Shown here one piece after another: positions 1-12,597 of a stretch of DNA of 64,000 bases (position 1 is the stretch's first letter; every line of letters begins with the position of its first letter). Origin of the DNA: Eledone cirrhosa. Lineage: Eukaryota. The stretch lies in assembly GCA_964016885.1 (NCBI GenBank), contig OZ024755.1, positions 13,950,001-14,014,000 on the forward strand, given 5' to 3'. The notes beneath the pieces are model-generated. The model did no database searches, was not told the origin of the DNA, and saw only the letters and a program-made list of their open reading frames with translations. Position numbers and translations under genes: made by a program.

Positions 1-260
1 CACAAGACTCTCTCATTGGAATTTACACAACATCAACTAGGTAGATATGTATGTATGCATGCATATGTAGATATGGATGCTATTGTATGTGTGGATGTGT
101 ATGTTTTGAGTTCTAAGTGTGCATGTGTATATGCTTTGTATCTGTACATGTTTATATGCAGTTATTAGATGCAAAATGTTTGGAATGTTTTACATATTTT
201 TACTGTTCCATTAATGGATTGTACTTGTAATTTCCTAACTAGTTGATCAGGGTGGAGTAT

Positions 261-367
261 ATACTAGGAAGGGGGAGAGGGAGGAAATCGAAACAATAAA
301 TAGAACAATATACCCTATATTGTTCTACTTATTGTTTCGACTTCCTCCCCCTCCCCCTCCCTAGTAT
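261..367. repeat. 107-bp near-perfect palindrome
   Basis: 52-bp arms (261-312 and 316-367), loop ccc flanked by tata, 4 mismatches. Confidence 0.9.
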
Positions 368-555
368 CTTCTTTGACCTCATGCCCAGCTGTAGTCGGCA
401 CTATCAACGCATGAATGGGTCTCCTCCACCCCCTCTCCCTCTTTCTCCTACTGGCAGGTTCAGCTACACCTTCCCTCCACAAATTGCCATCATAGAATTA
501 TTATGTCTCAACAACAAACTTTTGACCAATCCTTGTGACAACCACTTTTACCATA

Positions 556-751
556 TATAGAATTACCTCTTGAGAAGCTCGGCTATTCAAATACCAGGAT
601 AAAAATGTTCATTTAGTCCAGAATTAGCCGTCGAAACGGCTTGAGCTCAGCCGTCGGGGTCCTACTCGTTCCTATTACCCACTCTACTACCCTAAGTATT
701 GAGTACTTTGGTGCGTTATGGTCCACCTAGTTCCTTACCACATTTCCTCCG

Positions 752-753
<2 letters not shown>
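556..753 (+). mobile_element. Family A HHR-bearing Penelope-like short element, 3' portion (5' boundary uncertain)
   Basis: Same sequence and same 3' end against (TA)n as the copies at 51223-51339 and 53537-53729. Confidence 0.7.
565..660 (+). ncRNA. Type I hammerhead ribozyme with U3-A8 variant core (element family A)
   Basis: Stem I ACCTC/GGGGT; core TTGAGAA (570-576); stem II G..CGGCTA/TAGCCG..C; GAAA (633-636); stem III ACGGCT/AGCCGT; GUC triplet ending at 655. Confidence 0.7.
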
Positions 754-817
<64 letters not shown>

Positions 818-922
818 ATGTAAATGAATGAAGTAATTCCGTCGGAAAGGTCCAGGAAAAAAGAGTGCTCTATGTAGGTTACAGAGTTTAATAGTTATGT
901 AATAAACAACATAAGATAATTA

Positions 923-982
923 TTTCATTTACCAGTGGTTTCTTGAAAGCAAACAAATCTGCTTTCAGTCATCAGAATGAAA
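923..982 (-). ncRNA. Type I hammerhead ribozyme in a short element (about 822-1020) between microsatellites
   Basis: Minus strand: TTTCATT-CTGATGA-c-TGAAAGCAGA(TTTG)TTTGCTTTCA-a-GAA-ACCA-C-TGGT-A-AATGAAA. 7-bp stem I, 10-bp stem II, GUA triplet. Confidence 0.8.
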
Positions 983-1032
983 AAATCCTGGTGTTTTTAT
1001 TGAATGTGGATTTGAAAACCTATATATATATG

Positions 1033-1068
<36 letters not shown>

Positions 1069-1300
1069 TGGTGGAGGTCTGTGTCTGCCAATGTCAACGT
1101 TTGTGTATGTGACAGGAATCTGTAGCATAGCTGTTTGATAAATGATGTCGTTAAAATATGTAAATATTTGAAAAAGTACCGGGGTTGATAGGATCAACTA
1201 ATTCAAAGCGGTATCAAATAATGGCCGGAGTCTGAGTGAGATCAGTGAACGAATACTCACACACACACATATATATATATATATATTTCTACACACACAA

Positions 1301-1459
<159 letters not shown>

Positions 1460-1580
1460 CCGTAAACAGTGATGCAATTGAATTCAAGCACTCAACGTAC
1501 TTCTTCCACGTAGGAATGACGAAGTATATTTAGAATAAGAAGAGAGAGAGAGGAGAGAGAGAGAGAAAAAAAGAGAGAGA

Positions 1581-1648
<68 letters not shown>

Positions 1649-2020
1649 GAGAGAGAGGGGGGAGTGCGAGTGAGTGTGTGCTTACACATAGGAAGAGGAG
1701 AAAGCAAGGAAGGAGGGTAGAAACGAAGAACATACCATTGTCAGCAATCCAGAAAATGGCAGTTAATACTACGAAAAAGGATAACATAATCAAATTTATT
1801 TGAAACTGAATGTTCAATATAGCCACTCAAAGTTTCACATTACCGTTTATATAAGTTATATAACATATATCATATTTATATACGCGAGAAAGGAGTTTAC
1901 AAGCCACATATATAATATTTACGATTATATATGAGTATACAGTTAGGTTTGTATGTATATATGTATTTATGTATGTATGTATGTATGTATGTATGTATGT
2001 ATGTATGTATGTATGTATGT

Positions 2021-2626
2021 CAGGTCACCACTTGGTGCTACTGGTAACATGTATCCCAGTACAACCTGTCTCATGGTCGGGTCGTTGGCGACTAAACTGG
2101 CAACCCCACCAAGGTTTCTTGGTGAGGAGGGTGACTTTGGACATCCTGCAGGACTAAAAACAAAACCTGTCAAAGGGCAAAGGAGCTCTTAAGAGTCAAT
2201 TGCCATCCAAAATCACCGGGAGAGATGACCCCTTAGCCTTTGTCAAGGCAGAATTCTAGGAGAAGGAAAACTCTGATATAACACCTGCAACCCTGATGGT
2301 ATCCAATGATGTTGACTTGTTCTTCTTTTTGGTAAATATCATCTTGGTTAAGAGAGTGGGACTGGCTTTGTGCAGTGCCTTTGCTCACTATAAAAGCTTC
2401 ACGGCACAGGCATTGCTTTGTATCTGGAGATCTCTCTGCACTTGTCGTCACATGGTACCAAAGGCAAAGCACTATGTGTCAATAATTGTCACAAGTGTAG
2501 TGTTTGTACCAGAGTTTTCAAGTCGCTGGCTGGACTAAAAAGTCACTCGTTCAGCGCATCGGTAGGGGTTCTCCTACATGGATATAAAGTAGTGGCCGTA
2601 CTCGAAAACGAGTTGGCAGCCACCAT
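2021..2626 (+). mobile_element. Non-autonomous bipartite RTE-derived retroelement, copy 1
   Basis: Near-identical to 21315-21922. RTE-like 5' motif CTAGGAGAAGGAAAACTCTGA, remnant C-terminal zinc finger CSVCTRVFKSLAGLKSH, 3' stem-loop ACTCG-AAAA-CGAGT; flanked by (TATG)n. Confidence 0.75.
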
Positions 2627-3204
2627 GTATGTATGTATGTATGTATGTATGTATGTATGTATGTATGTATGTATGTATGTATGTATGTATGTACGTATGT
2701 ATGTATGTATGTGTGTGTGTCTGTAGATATGTATATATGTATGTGTGTCTATAATTATGTATGTATGTATCCATATATGCACGTTTCTATAAATATATGT
2801 GCGTTTGTATGGATGTATATATGTATGTACGTTTGTTATATGTATGTACGTTTGTATATGTGTATGTATGTATGTATGCATGTATGTATATATGTATGTG
2901 CTTTGGTATCTTTGTATGTATGTATTTATGTATTTATGTATGTATGTATTTATGTATGTATATTTCGTAATCAATATACGCAAAGAGCTCCCAATTTAAT
3001 TTGCAATGTACAATAGGGATTTAGTATTGGATATATAGTACTGGATATCAGTTTCATATATACATACATACCTACACACATAAATATATATACATGCACA
3101 CACATAGATACATACATACATGCATACATACATTAATACATACATTCATTGTTACCTACAATACAAACATACATACATACATTTATGTTGTGGGTTAAGT
3201 TGCC

Positions 3205-3419
3205 TTCCAAATCTAGGCCCAAAGCCAGCAGATTTGAAGGAAGAGCAAAGTTGATTAAATCAACCCCCAGTATTCGACTGGTACTATACTTTATCGACCA
3301 CGGAGCTGAAATGCAACGATGACCATTGCGGGATATAAACTCAGTAATTAAAGACTCAGATCAATCAGAGCATTGACATCAATCAGAGCATTGACACTGA
3401 TTCTACCAACCCATCACCC
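3205..3419 (-). mobile_element. tRNA-derived SINE (major family), decayed
   Basis: Reverse complement of the family body (gtcgataaagtatagtaccagtc...ctggg...gctggctttgggcc). Confidence 0.65.
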
Positions 3420-3467
3420 TTTATGTGTCATATTCATGCATGTGCTCATCTTTATTATCATTTTTTT

Positions 3468-3650
3468 GGATTGGCAGTATCGGTAGAGAATCGGACACCA
3501 TGCTTGGCAGCCCAGAATTATGGTCCTTTATGGTCTGAGTTCAAATCCCGCCAAGGGATGGATAAAATAAAGTACCACTGGGGTCCATTTAATCGACTTT
3601 GCCCCTCCCCCAAAATTGCTGGCCTTGTGCCTATATAAGAAACCATTATT
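3468..3650 (+). mobile_element. tRNA-derived SINE (major family)
   Basis: A-box-like TGGCAGTATCGG, B-box GAGTTCAAATCC, body ataaaataaagtaccac...tgctggccttgtgcc shared with more than 15 copies in the window. Confidence 0.8.
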
Positions 3651-3940
3651 ATTTTTTTAGGATGTTTCACATTTCTTTATTAATTTTTATGATTCGTACA
3701 TGACTTAAACAACTAATTAGGACCCATGCAAAGCCCTTAATATGAATGATTAGTCTTGGACAGTTACTTTGTGTAAAAGAGCAGTTTTGAAAACAAGCTG
3801 TTCCAAACAAGCTGCTCGATTTATGCAACTTTTATTTACAGTTGGCGGCTTTCATATTTTTAAGTTTTCATACTTCTATATTTATATAAAGAGATAGGCG
3901 AGAAAAGATGGAGGAGAGAGAGAAAGAAAGAGACTTAATA

Positions 3941-4027
<87 letters not shown>

Positions 4028-4185
4028 GTATAGGTCACATAGTGGTCACAGCATTGGATATTTGAGTTCTGCAAGTACTTGTGAATTTGCACATAGCATA
4101 ACTAGGCTGTAGTACCACCGTGGAAACACTTGTAAGCACACGGAATAAATTACCTTTTTATGATGTCTACCTATTATTATTCATT

Positions 4186-4262
<77 letters not shown>

Positions 4263-4350
4263 AGTGTAGTCACTATATATCGTTACATACATACATATAT
4301 ATGAATATATATGTATATGTATGTGAGTGTGTATACATTACACAAATACA

Positions 4351-4401
<51 letters not shown>

Positions 4402-5335
4402 TTTATTTATGTATTTATGTAATTTTACATCACAATGAGACAGAACAAGGAATGAATTTACGTCATTTATTAATTCCTACAAATGTATCTGTAAAAATAC
4501 ACGTTCAACAAATTGCATAACGCTATATGGATTGCATAAGCATTACATAAAATGTGACTCAGTAATATCTCACTTCCCCAGGCTATATTAACAATATAAT
4601 AATTGTTCAAGTAACACCGAGACTTATATAGCATCGATATGAAAAGCATCACAAAATTTTTCCTCTAAAAAAATGAAAAGAAAAAAAGTAAAGAAAATTA
4701 ACGCATATGACAATATATACCAAAATATGCCCATGCATTTAGTTTTAATTCATAGAACTATACATACAATTTCAATCTCCGAAAATCAATGATATTTACC
4801 CTGTCCGGGTTGATTTGTTTGTATAGCTAATATGGAAATATGTACATGCGTACATATACACTTAGAGATATCTGCCAATACAGACACAGAATGAGAATCG
4901 TACATACAATTATCTATACACCTACTTACATTAGCCTATGGATTTTTACTAATAGATAGGTTGGACATAAGCTAAAAAAATTATGTAGGAGGGTAGTTTA
5001 GAAGAAGATTTTTGTTTACATTGCTACGTTCTTTAGGCAAAATGGACTTCATTGTGTTGGTAAATGGTCGGTTGATAATATTTATGTATCATATATATTC
5101 TATGTTTGTTTCTCTGGTTTTCTTTTGCAAACTTTGTGCAGACGCTTGGGAGTGCATGAATTGTAGGGTTTATGTTTACAGTGTATAATTGTGTACTACT
5201 TTTGTACCATAAATTATATTCCATTTAAAGTAATAAGCTTCCGATTTCTATTTTCGGTGGCCAGAAATACGAAGCTACTCGAGTTTGGTTGCTTTTTTGG
5301 AAGGTTTGTAAATGACTGAGTGTATTGCAATGTAG

Positions 5336-5486
<151 letters not shown>

Positions 5487-5562
5487 AGAATGGTTTTCCT
5501 AAAGGGATCTGACTGAGGTCACAATTAAAGGCGGTACTCAATCTTTTAAGTAGAACATGCTC

Positions 5563-5643
5563 ATGATTTATTTCAGATGAACCTGTCTCATTCCTTTGAA
5601 AGATTTCAAACGAATGAAAGAGTTCTAGTCGTAGAAACATCAT
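5563..5643 (+). mobile_element. Family D HHR-like remnant
   Basis: CAGATGA (5574-5580)...GAATGAAAGAGTTCTAGTC..GTAGAA; shared with 25554-25600, 37021-37117 and 55041-55099. Confidence 0.5.
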
Positions 5644-5674
5644 TTAGTTCTGAATTAAATCCTGCCCCCCCCCC

Positions 5675-5737
<63 letters not shown>

Positions 5738-8678
5738 GGGAGAGAGAGAGATTGGTAGAATCACGACCAAGGCGCCTATCGTTTTCAGCTGCAACAGTGT
5801 GTGTTTACGTGCGTTTCTTTACATGTTTCAAATACGGTTTATTAGAGCATGTAATCATTTTAGATAGATAGACAATTAGATATACATAGATGTGTTCATG
5901 TGTATACATTTACTACTGTGTTAAGATCAATAAACATGATTATGTTTGGATTCCGCCCTTTCTTAAATTACCTATTACTTCAACAACCACACTACCTTAG
6001 CAATTGGCCACTTATAAGAACTGTATACATGAATATATTCTGGAATCCTTATAAATTCTGAAACTTGCTAACTAAATGACTATATCTTTTCTCATATATA
6101 TATATATATATAATTATTATATTACGGCTCTGTCCTCAGACATTGAGCTAACCTCATACTGCCTGCTGGATAAGTGGAGTGTTATACACCCCTGATCCTT
6201 TCCCTAGCATACTATATATATATATATATATAAATTTAGTTCCACAACATATTAACAAACCATCTTCGAGGACAAGTGTTTAACCGAACGGATATATATA
6301 TATATATTGTATGAATTTCATACTCCCAATATTCCTTCACCCAGAACTATTATTTTATCATAAGGTGTCTGTGTGTACCCTCTACATAGTAAATTCCCGT
6401 GCTATAAATAATAGTTAAGACCCCCTAATATCATATCTAGACGATGTGACTTAGATATAATATGTCTGAAAAAACAAACAGGTTACTTATTCCTGAAACG
6501 TCTTTTATCATAGGTTAAACAACAACATCCTGATACCACAACAGATTTATGAGGCTATTATTGACGGCTTTATCAATCCATCACCTGCAAATACAATAGA
6601 TGGCTTTATCAGTACATCGTCAGCAAACATAATAGAGTCTGTTCTAGCCCTGACTTGACGAGATGCTAGAACAACAAACAGTATAACAGGTTTCTAGCAT
6701 GCAAACATAAATGAAAAGCTATATCTAAATACATCTATATATTCTTTTTTGTAGATACATTTGAAGGTGATGTACTTGTGTTTATGTAAGGATTTTCTTT
6801 GTTATTAATTATTATTTAAATAAAATTTCGTATTTCTTTAAATCACATTTGTTGGTAATCATTTTACGATTTCTCTTTCGTGCAAAGGGTGTCCCTGAAT
6901 ATTTTGCTTAGTCGTTGGACAACTATTATTGTATTCAAATGTTGAGGATGAGGATGATGAAACACTGGGGCAACGAATAGACTACGCTTCACTTGTGAAA
7001 TCTAATAAAATCACAATATCTCCGAAATCATCCCTGTATTGCTAAATGTCAGACTCACTCCCCACTACATTTCATATTTAATAAATTTTGATTAATGAAC
7101 ATTTCTGGATAATCTGCACGTAAACCTTATTGTCTAGAATTGGCCGATTGAAAAGCATTGTTCTCATCACTAACAGTATAGAATTAATTCATTATTATGA
7201 CTTCTTAGCTTACTAAAGCAATCTTTCAACGGTCGACTGATGAGAAGAGACTGTTCTATGTTTCGTCCGTTTTTCTGTTGTCTTCGTGTACCTTTTTGTG
7301 AATTAATAGTATAAGACCTTACGTGCACGGGACATCTTTTCATACATATGCGAATAGAGTCTGCCGTTATAAGAATTTTACATGAACAAGGTATTATTAT
7401 GTGGGTTGGTCACATATATTGATTAGGCAGTAGTAGGATTTTATGACTGTTGTTTGTGTGAACGTTTTACGTTCATTTTAGCATGCTTGTACGGGCTGCA
7501 CGCCACGGAGATTGGAATAAAAGACTTTCCCGGTAACAGGAAGCCAGTCTCACACATAGCTAACCCACAAGTGTCATTGGTACTAATTTTCAGCTTAATG
7601 AACAAAATCGAAGTAGACTGAAGAACCTTGCTTAAGGATATAACTTGGATATACCCACTGGGCCACGTACACTTATGTATGACTATATTTAGCGAGAAAT
7701 CGTTATTCCATATAGTTAATGTTCAATTTATTGATTTTGTTCTTTAAATAAATCTTTAAAATACCTTAGTTAGTAGTCATTTTGTTGGGTTAATATTCAT
7801 ATAATTGTTTCCCTTAAGATGTTTTTTTTAATATAATTTCAAAATATATAATTGTTTTCTTTGAGATATTTTCTTAAAAAATGTAGTTTTAAAAATATCA
7901 TTTTGAAAAATAAAACTCTAAAAATATTATCTTAAAAATATAATTGTTTTCTTTAAGGTTTTATTTTATAAATATTTATGTTTATTGTGCAATAATGAGT
8001 GAGTTCGTATTAATTTGTAAAATTATAGTTATGATTTGTTTTTAGCTTTTCAAACTAACTGGTGGTTATGTATCAAGAACAGGGATTTAGGATAGCTAAA
8101 AATGAAATCTTTAAAATATATTCATTTTCTTTACGATATTTACAAAAAAATAAAATAGAAATAAAAATAAAGCTTTCAAAAATATAATCGGTTTATTTCA
8201 AGAATATAATTTATGGTTATGATGGAATAATGGGGAATTTCGTGTTAATTGGTAAAAATTATTATTGTTATTATGGTTAAGATTATTTTTTTTTTTTTTA
8301 AATTAACCAACGTGTACATAGCGAATACAGCTACCTAGTATTATTTCCCCCGATCCTGTGTAGTCATGTTTACCTAATTAATCCTATATTTTTCAGAATA
8401 ATATATATAAATATATATCTTTCCAAATTATGGGAAGATGGTGAATTGGCGTCGGATAAAACGTCCTTCCGACGCTTTCAGTTCTGAATTCAAATCCCGC
8501 TAAAGCCATCTTTCTCTTTCGGTGGCATTTGAACCCATACCGCAGAGAGCTGGCACGAAAAAGCGAATCCTTCTATCAGATAGTTTAACGACTCTGAAAT
8601 TCGCCGCTTTCTAATGTTTTTTTTTACTTATATTGTTATTTTATCTTATTTTAACTTATCTTATTTATTTATTTGCAG

Positions 8679-8984
8679 GTGAGGTCGGTAAAGAGATGTA
8701 TATCGTAAACAGGGGTCGGCTGCAAGTTGTGGCAGACAATGGTAAAACAGTTCTGGCCACTTTGAAGCCGGGTAGCTACTTCGGAGAAATAAGTATTCTT
8801 AATATGGGTACAGCAGGAAATCGACGTACCGCATCGGTGAGGTCTGTCGGATATTCTGACTTGTTCTGTTTATCGAAACAAGACTTGTGGGACGTTCTAA
8901 AAGAATACCCAGCGGCCAGGGTGAAATTGGAATCTATAGCAGTGAAAAGGCTGGAGAAGTACAAGAAAGCACCATTGGAAAAAG
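8679..8984 (+). CDS. Internal exon of a cyclic nucleotide-gated (CNG) channel gene, encoding the cyclic-nucleotide-binding domain; resembles the invertebrate CG42260-like subunits
   Basis: Translation [18 protein letters not shown]...YFGEISIL...[21 protein letters not shown]...EYP has the CNG binding-domain motifs. T-rich acceptor tttgcag at 8672-8678, donor AAAG|gtcagt at 8985. 306 nt, phase 1-1. Subfamily assignment is from memory of sequence similarity. Confidence 0.95.
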
Positions 8985-8997
8985 GTCAGTTGCACAC

Positions 8998-9138
<141 letters not shown>

Positions 9139-10017
9139 GTGTGTATATGTCTGTTTGTACACGCTCCGTTAAATTTTGTAGCATATATGCACAGATATAA
9201 ATATTAATAATATCAATAATAATGGTATTTATACTTATATATATAATCTATATACATTTATAAATACGAAAGGGTAAAATATTAATATACATTTATGGGT
9301 ATCCATGTGTGCGCGTACGTGCGTATGAATGTGTATGTGTGTGTTGTGTTTGCGTACGTGTGTGTGTGCGTGAGTATGCGTGTGTGTGTATGTTTGTGTT
9401 TGTACACGCTCTGTTAAACAGTGTAGTGAATAAGCACAAATATAAATACATATTTATGCATATCCATGTGTGCATGCGTAAGTGTATGTGCGTGTGAATG
9501 TATGTGTGGATGAGATGTTGCTAGTTAAGACCAGCAAAACCATTATTAATTCCAGTATTTAATGGGAAAGTAGATTGAAAATATTATAGAGATTCTTTGT
9601 TAGGTGGCTAAGCTTGAACCGTTTCAATAGCAAACTCTTTATCGTAACGGTTTAAGAATAACCGTAAGGCAAAGAAAACTGTATATATATATATAATTGA
9701 CAAGTGATGAGTCATGTTACTCTGGAGTAAATATTGAGGCCGATATGATCGACTAAAACCAGTCGAATGATTGGATAATGTTAGATTACGTTTTCTATTT
9801 ACACAATCAAGATGTCGTTCAAATATGGCACGGTATGGTCTCGTAACTCTTGAGAGAGTCATAGAGGGGTGGTATTGACATAAGGCATTTCTTGGCATTT
9901 TAAAACCTGGCGGAGCCCATCTCCTCTTCAGTTCTCAATACAGCAAATTTCTTCCAGAGAAACATAGTGAGTGAGAGAATGAAAGTGAGAAAGAGATATA
10001 GAGGAATAATCTAGCCC

Positions 10018-10156
10018 GGTACTTGACTGGTACTTTTTCATCAACCTCGAATGGGTGAAATGCAAAGTTGACCTCGGCTTTCAGAGAGTAGAGAGCTGAA
10101 ACAAATACGGCAAAGCATTCTATTCGATGTTTAACGACTCTGCCAATTCGCCACCT
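10018..10156 (-). mobile_element. tRNA-derived SINE (major family)
   Basis: ctggtacttttt...aaagttgacctcggc...ttaacgactctgccaattcgccacc is the reverse complement of the SINE head and body. Confidence 0.75.
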
Positions 10157-10526
10157 CGTTGAAATATACAAATATTTATTGATACTAATACAAAAACGAT
10201 GTGCATGAAATTTCTCTAACTGTGTTGTGTTGTTTTTTTTTCTGTTTGAAACGAAATATATTTAAACATTAACTTTCCTATCAAATAACATATTCTACAT
10301 ATTTTCTCAAAGGTGTTTTCAAATACGTTAGCTTTAGTTTTTGATTTTTACTATGAAGTGTAAATATGGAAAGCTATCTCTGAAAGAGTCAAGATAATAG
10401 ATTCAAACAATTATTTCTTTTCTATACCGCCTTCGAGTTTCTATATATTGAAGAGTTATTTGCTGTTTTCTGGTTACAACGCTCAATGGTTAATTGTTAG
10501 TCTGTGTCTGTATATCATACTTGCAT

Positions 10527-10668
10527 GCGAGAGTCGGCTGAAAATTTTATAGACTGTAAAGTTCATAGGCTGACCAAGATACTCCAGTCCATGGAGAAAA
10601 CAAGCACAAATAAGTTATTAATAAGAAGAGTTGAAATGTATATACTATAACATTGGGTCAACCTATGC
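10527..10668. mobile_element. Tc1/mariner-type MITE, decayed
   Basis: Shares aagttcataggctgaccaagatactc and agttattaataagaa.agttgaaa with 19826-20030. Confidence 0.6.
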
Positions 10669-10672
10669 ATTG

Positions 10673-10892
10673 TGAGTGAAAACAATGGGTTGACAGAAAA
10701 GGTTTGGAAGGTCGTCTGATGGACTGACTGTACTTGATGTTAGACCACAGAGTGAGTAAAAAAAAAAGTAAACAGAAACGGTTTGGAAGCCTATCTGATA
10801 TTAGTCTACGTGATATTAGACCATGAAGAGAGTGAAAACAATGGGTTGACAGAAAAGGTTTAGAAGCTGTACGTGATGTTAGACCATAGAGT
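10673..10892. repeat. Degenerate tandem repeat, about three units of 60-80 bp
   Basis: gagtga...acagaaaaggtttggaag...gtgatgttagacca recurs three times. Confidence 0.75.
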
Positions 10893-11787
10893 AGCTACTG
10901 TTAGATTATGGGGTATATGATATATTTTGACAATGTTTATGTATTTTCTAAACCTGAAGCCTAAAAAGAAAGGAAATAAACGAAAAGAATGATGTTATTT
11001 CTCGGCGAAGTCTGACAGGGAAGAAACCTGAATCTAAACAAAGAAATCTAAAGGAAAATGTCGATGTTTTTATTTTCCTGTGGAGTTTCATAATTGATAA
11101 GGAAGATAAACAAGTATGTGAAGTAACTTCATTAGCTACATCACTTTTATATCATCGCATAATGCCATTGAAAGCTGAAACACACGCGTACGTATAGACA
11201 CCCATACACGCAATAAACACAAACACAATGGACGCAGCCACACACATATTCACATAAACACATATACACAATACACACAACAGGAATATACTCAATACAT
11301 ACATACAGTGCTAACATATACACATTAAAAACATACATACGTGTAGACAGACCGGTGCATATATTGTGTACGTAGATGTTTGTGTATATATATATGCATG
11401 TATGTGTCAGAAGATACGGAAACAGATAAAGAAAGAATATGAGAGTAGAAAGATAAACAAGGTGAAAGAAAAAATGTAAACAAGATGTTTTTTTGTTTTG
11501 TTTTGGTTTTTTACTTGGTAGGTTTGTGAGAAGGGAATGTCCATTGTATTCATGCTCCCTCCGAATCTGGATCTCCATCTGTTTTGACGATCAATGTCCC
11601 AGGTATTTGTTCAACATAACAGCGTCATCGTAAAATTAACTTAGTATTCTCAGTGAGATTCTGTGTGACTGCGTATGACAAGGCTGATACATTTGAATAA
11701 CAAATACCGTCCATCTCATGGGATGCGAAATAGTTTTCGTCAACACATTTTCAAAATGAATACTTGGGTTGACTCCAAGCTATGGTA

Positions 11788-11888
11788 AATAACACTTACC
11801 CAAGATGACAAGATGGCATGCAGTTGGCTCGAACCCGGGTCCTTATGTTTGCATATTGAACTTCTTAAACATTTAGCCAAACTACCTC
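11788..11888 (-). mobile_element. Second tRNA-derived SINE family, head
   Basis: acacttacccaag...ctcgaacccgg...cttcttaaacatttagcca; related to 38145-38300 (+), 46044-46180 (-) and about 25650-25770 (-). Confidence 0.6.
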
Positions 11889-11969
11889 CACTGTATCAGG
11901 TGGTTGTATGGAATAAATAAATTCTTTAGGATATACAGAGATAATGGACTGGTTGACCTGTATGAGTTA

Positions 11970-12035
<66 letters not shown>

Positions 12036-12403
12036 CTTCTTTATTTGCCACAGGGGCGTACAAAAATGGGACATTACAAGACGTGAGGGCGGGGGTTTTA
12101 CATAAAATCTTTAACAATAGATAGATAGATTCGCTGACCAACTCATTCAAAGACACATTCAGATATACAGTTAAGAAAGCACACATACACACACATAGAC
12201 AGGCATACACCTACTCACTTGCATCTCAAGTTTTGTGTGTGTGTGTGTGTATTTATATATATATATATATATATAAACCCTTATTCAATGTTTTCGTATA
12301 ATAAACACATTTTGTTACGCTATGGGTATTTTAAGTTACGCTCCTTTGACGGTTAAAAATACTCACGCGAGACTAAATGTACATTTATTATACATAAACA
12401 AAG

Positions 12404-12597
12404 GGCGGTGGATTGGCAGTCTCGTTAGAGCGTTGGAGAACATGCTTTGCGGTATATAGTTCCAGCCCTGGACACATTATGATTTCAAATTCCTTACGAG
12501 AAAGATGAAATAAAGTACGAGTAACGCACTAGGGTCCATTTAATCGACTTTCTCCTCTTTCATAATTGTTGACCATGTGCCTATATCAGAGACTAGT
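12404..12597 (+). mobile_element. tRNA-derived SINE (major family)
   Basis: ggcggtggattggcagtctcgttagag head; taaagtac...gggtccatttaatcgact body. Confidence 0.75.

Noticed and set aside
2021-2120. HDV-like ribozyme at the 5' end of the RTE-derived element
   Set aside because: Some RTEs have one, but I could not assemble the nested double pseudoknot by eye.
7237-7270. Isolated CTGANGA words (also near 9924, 19264, 29063, 41818, 46974, 47420, 58351)
   Set aside because: No stem II plus GAAA plus NUH arrangement around them.
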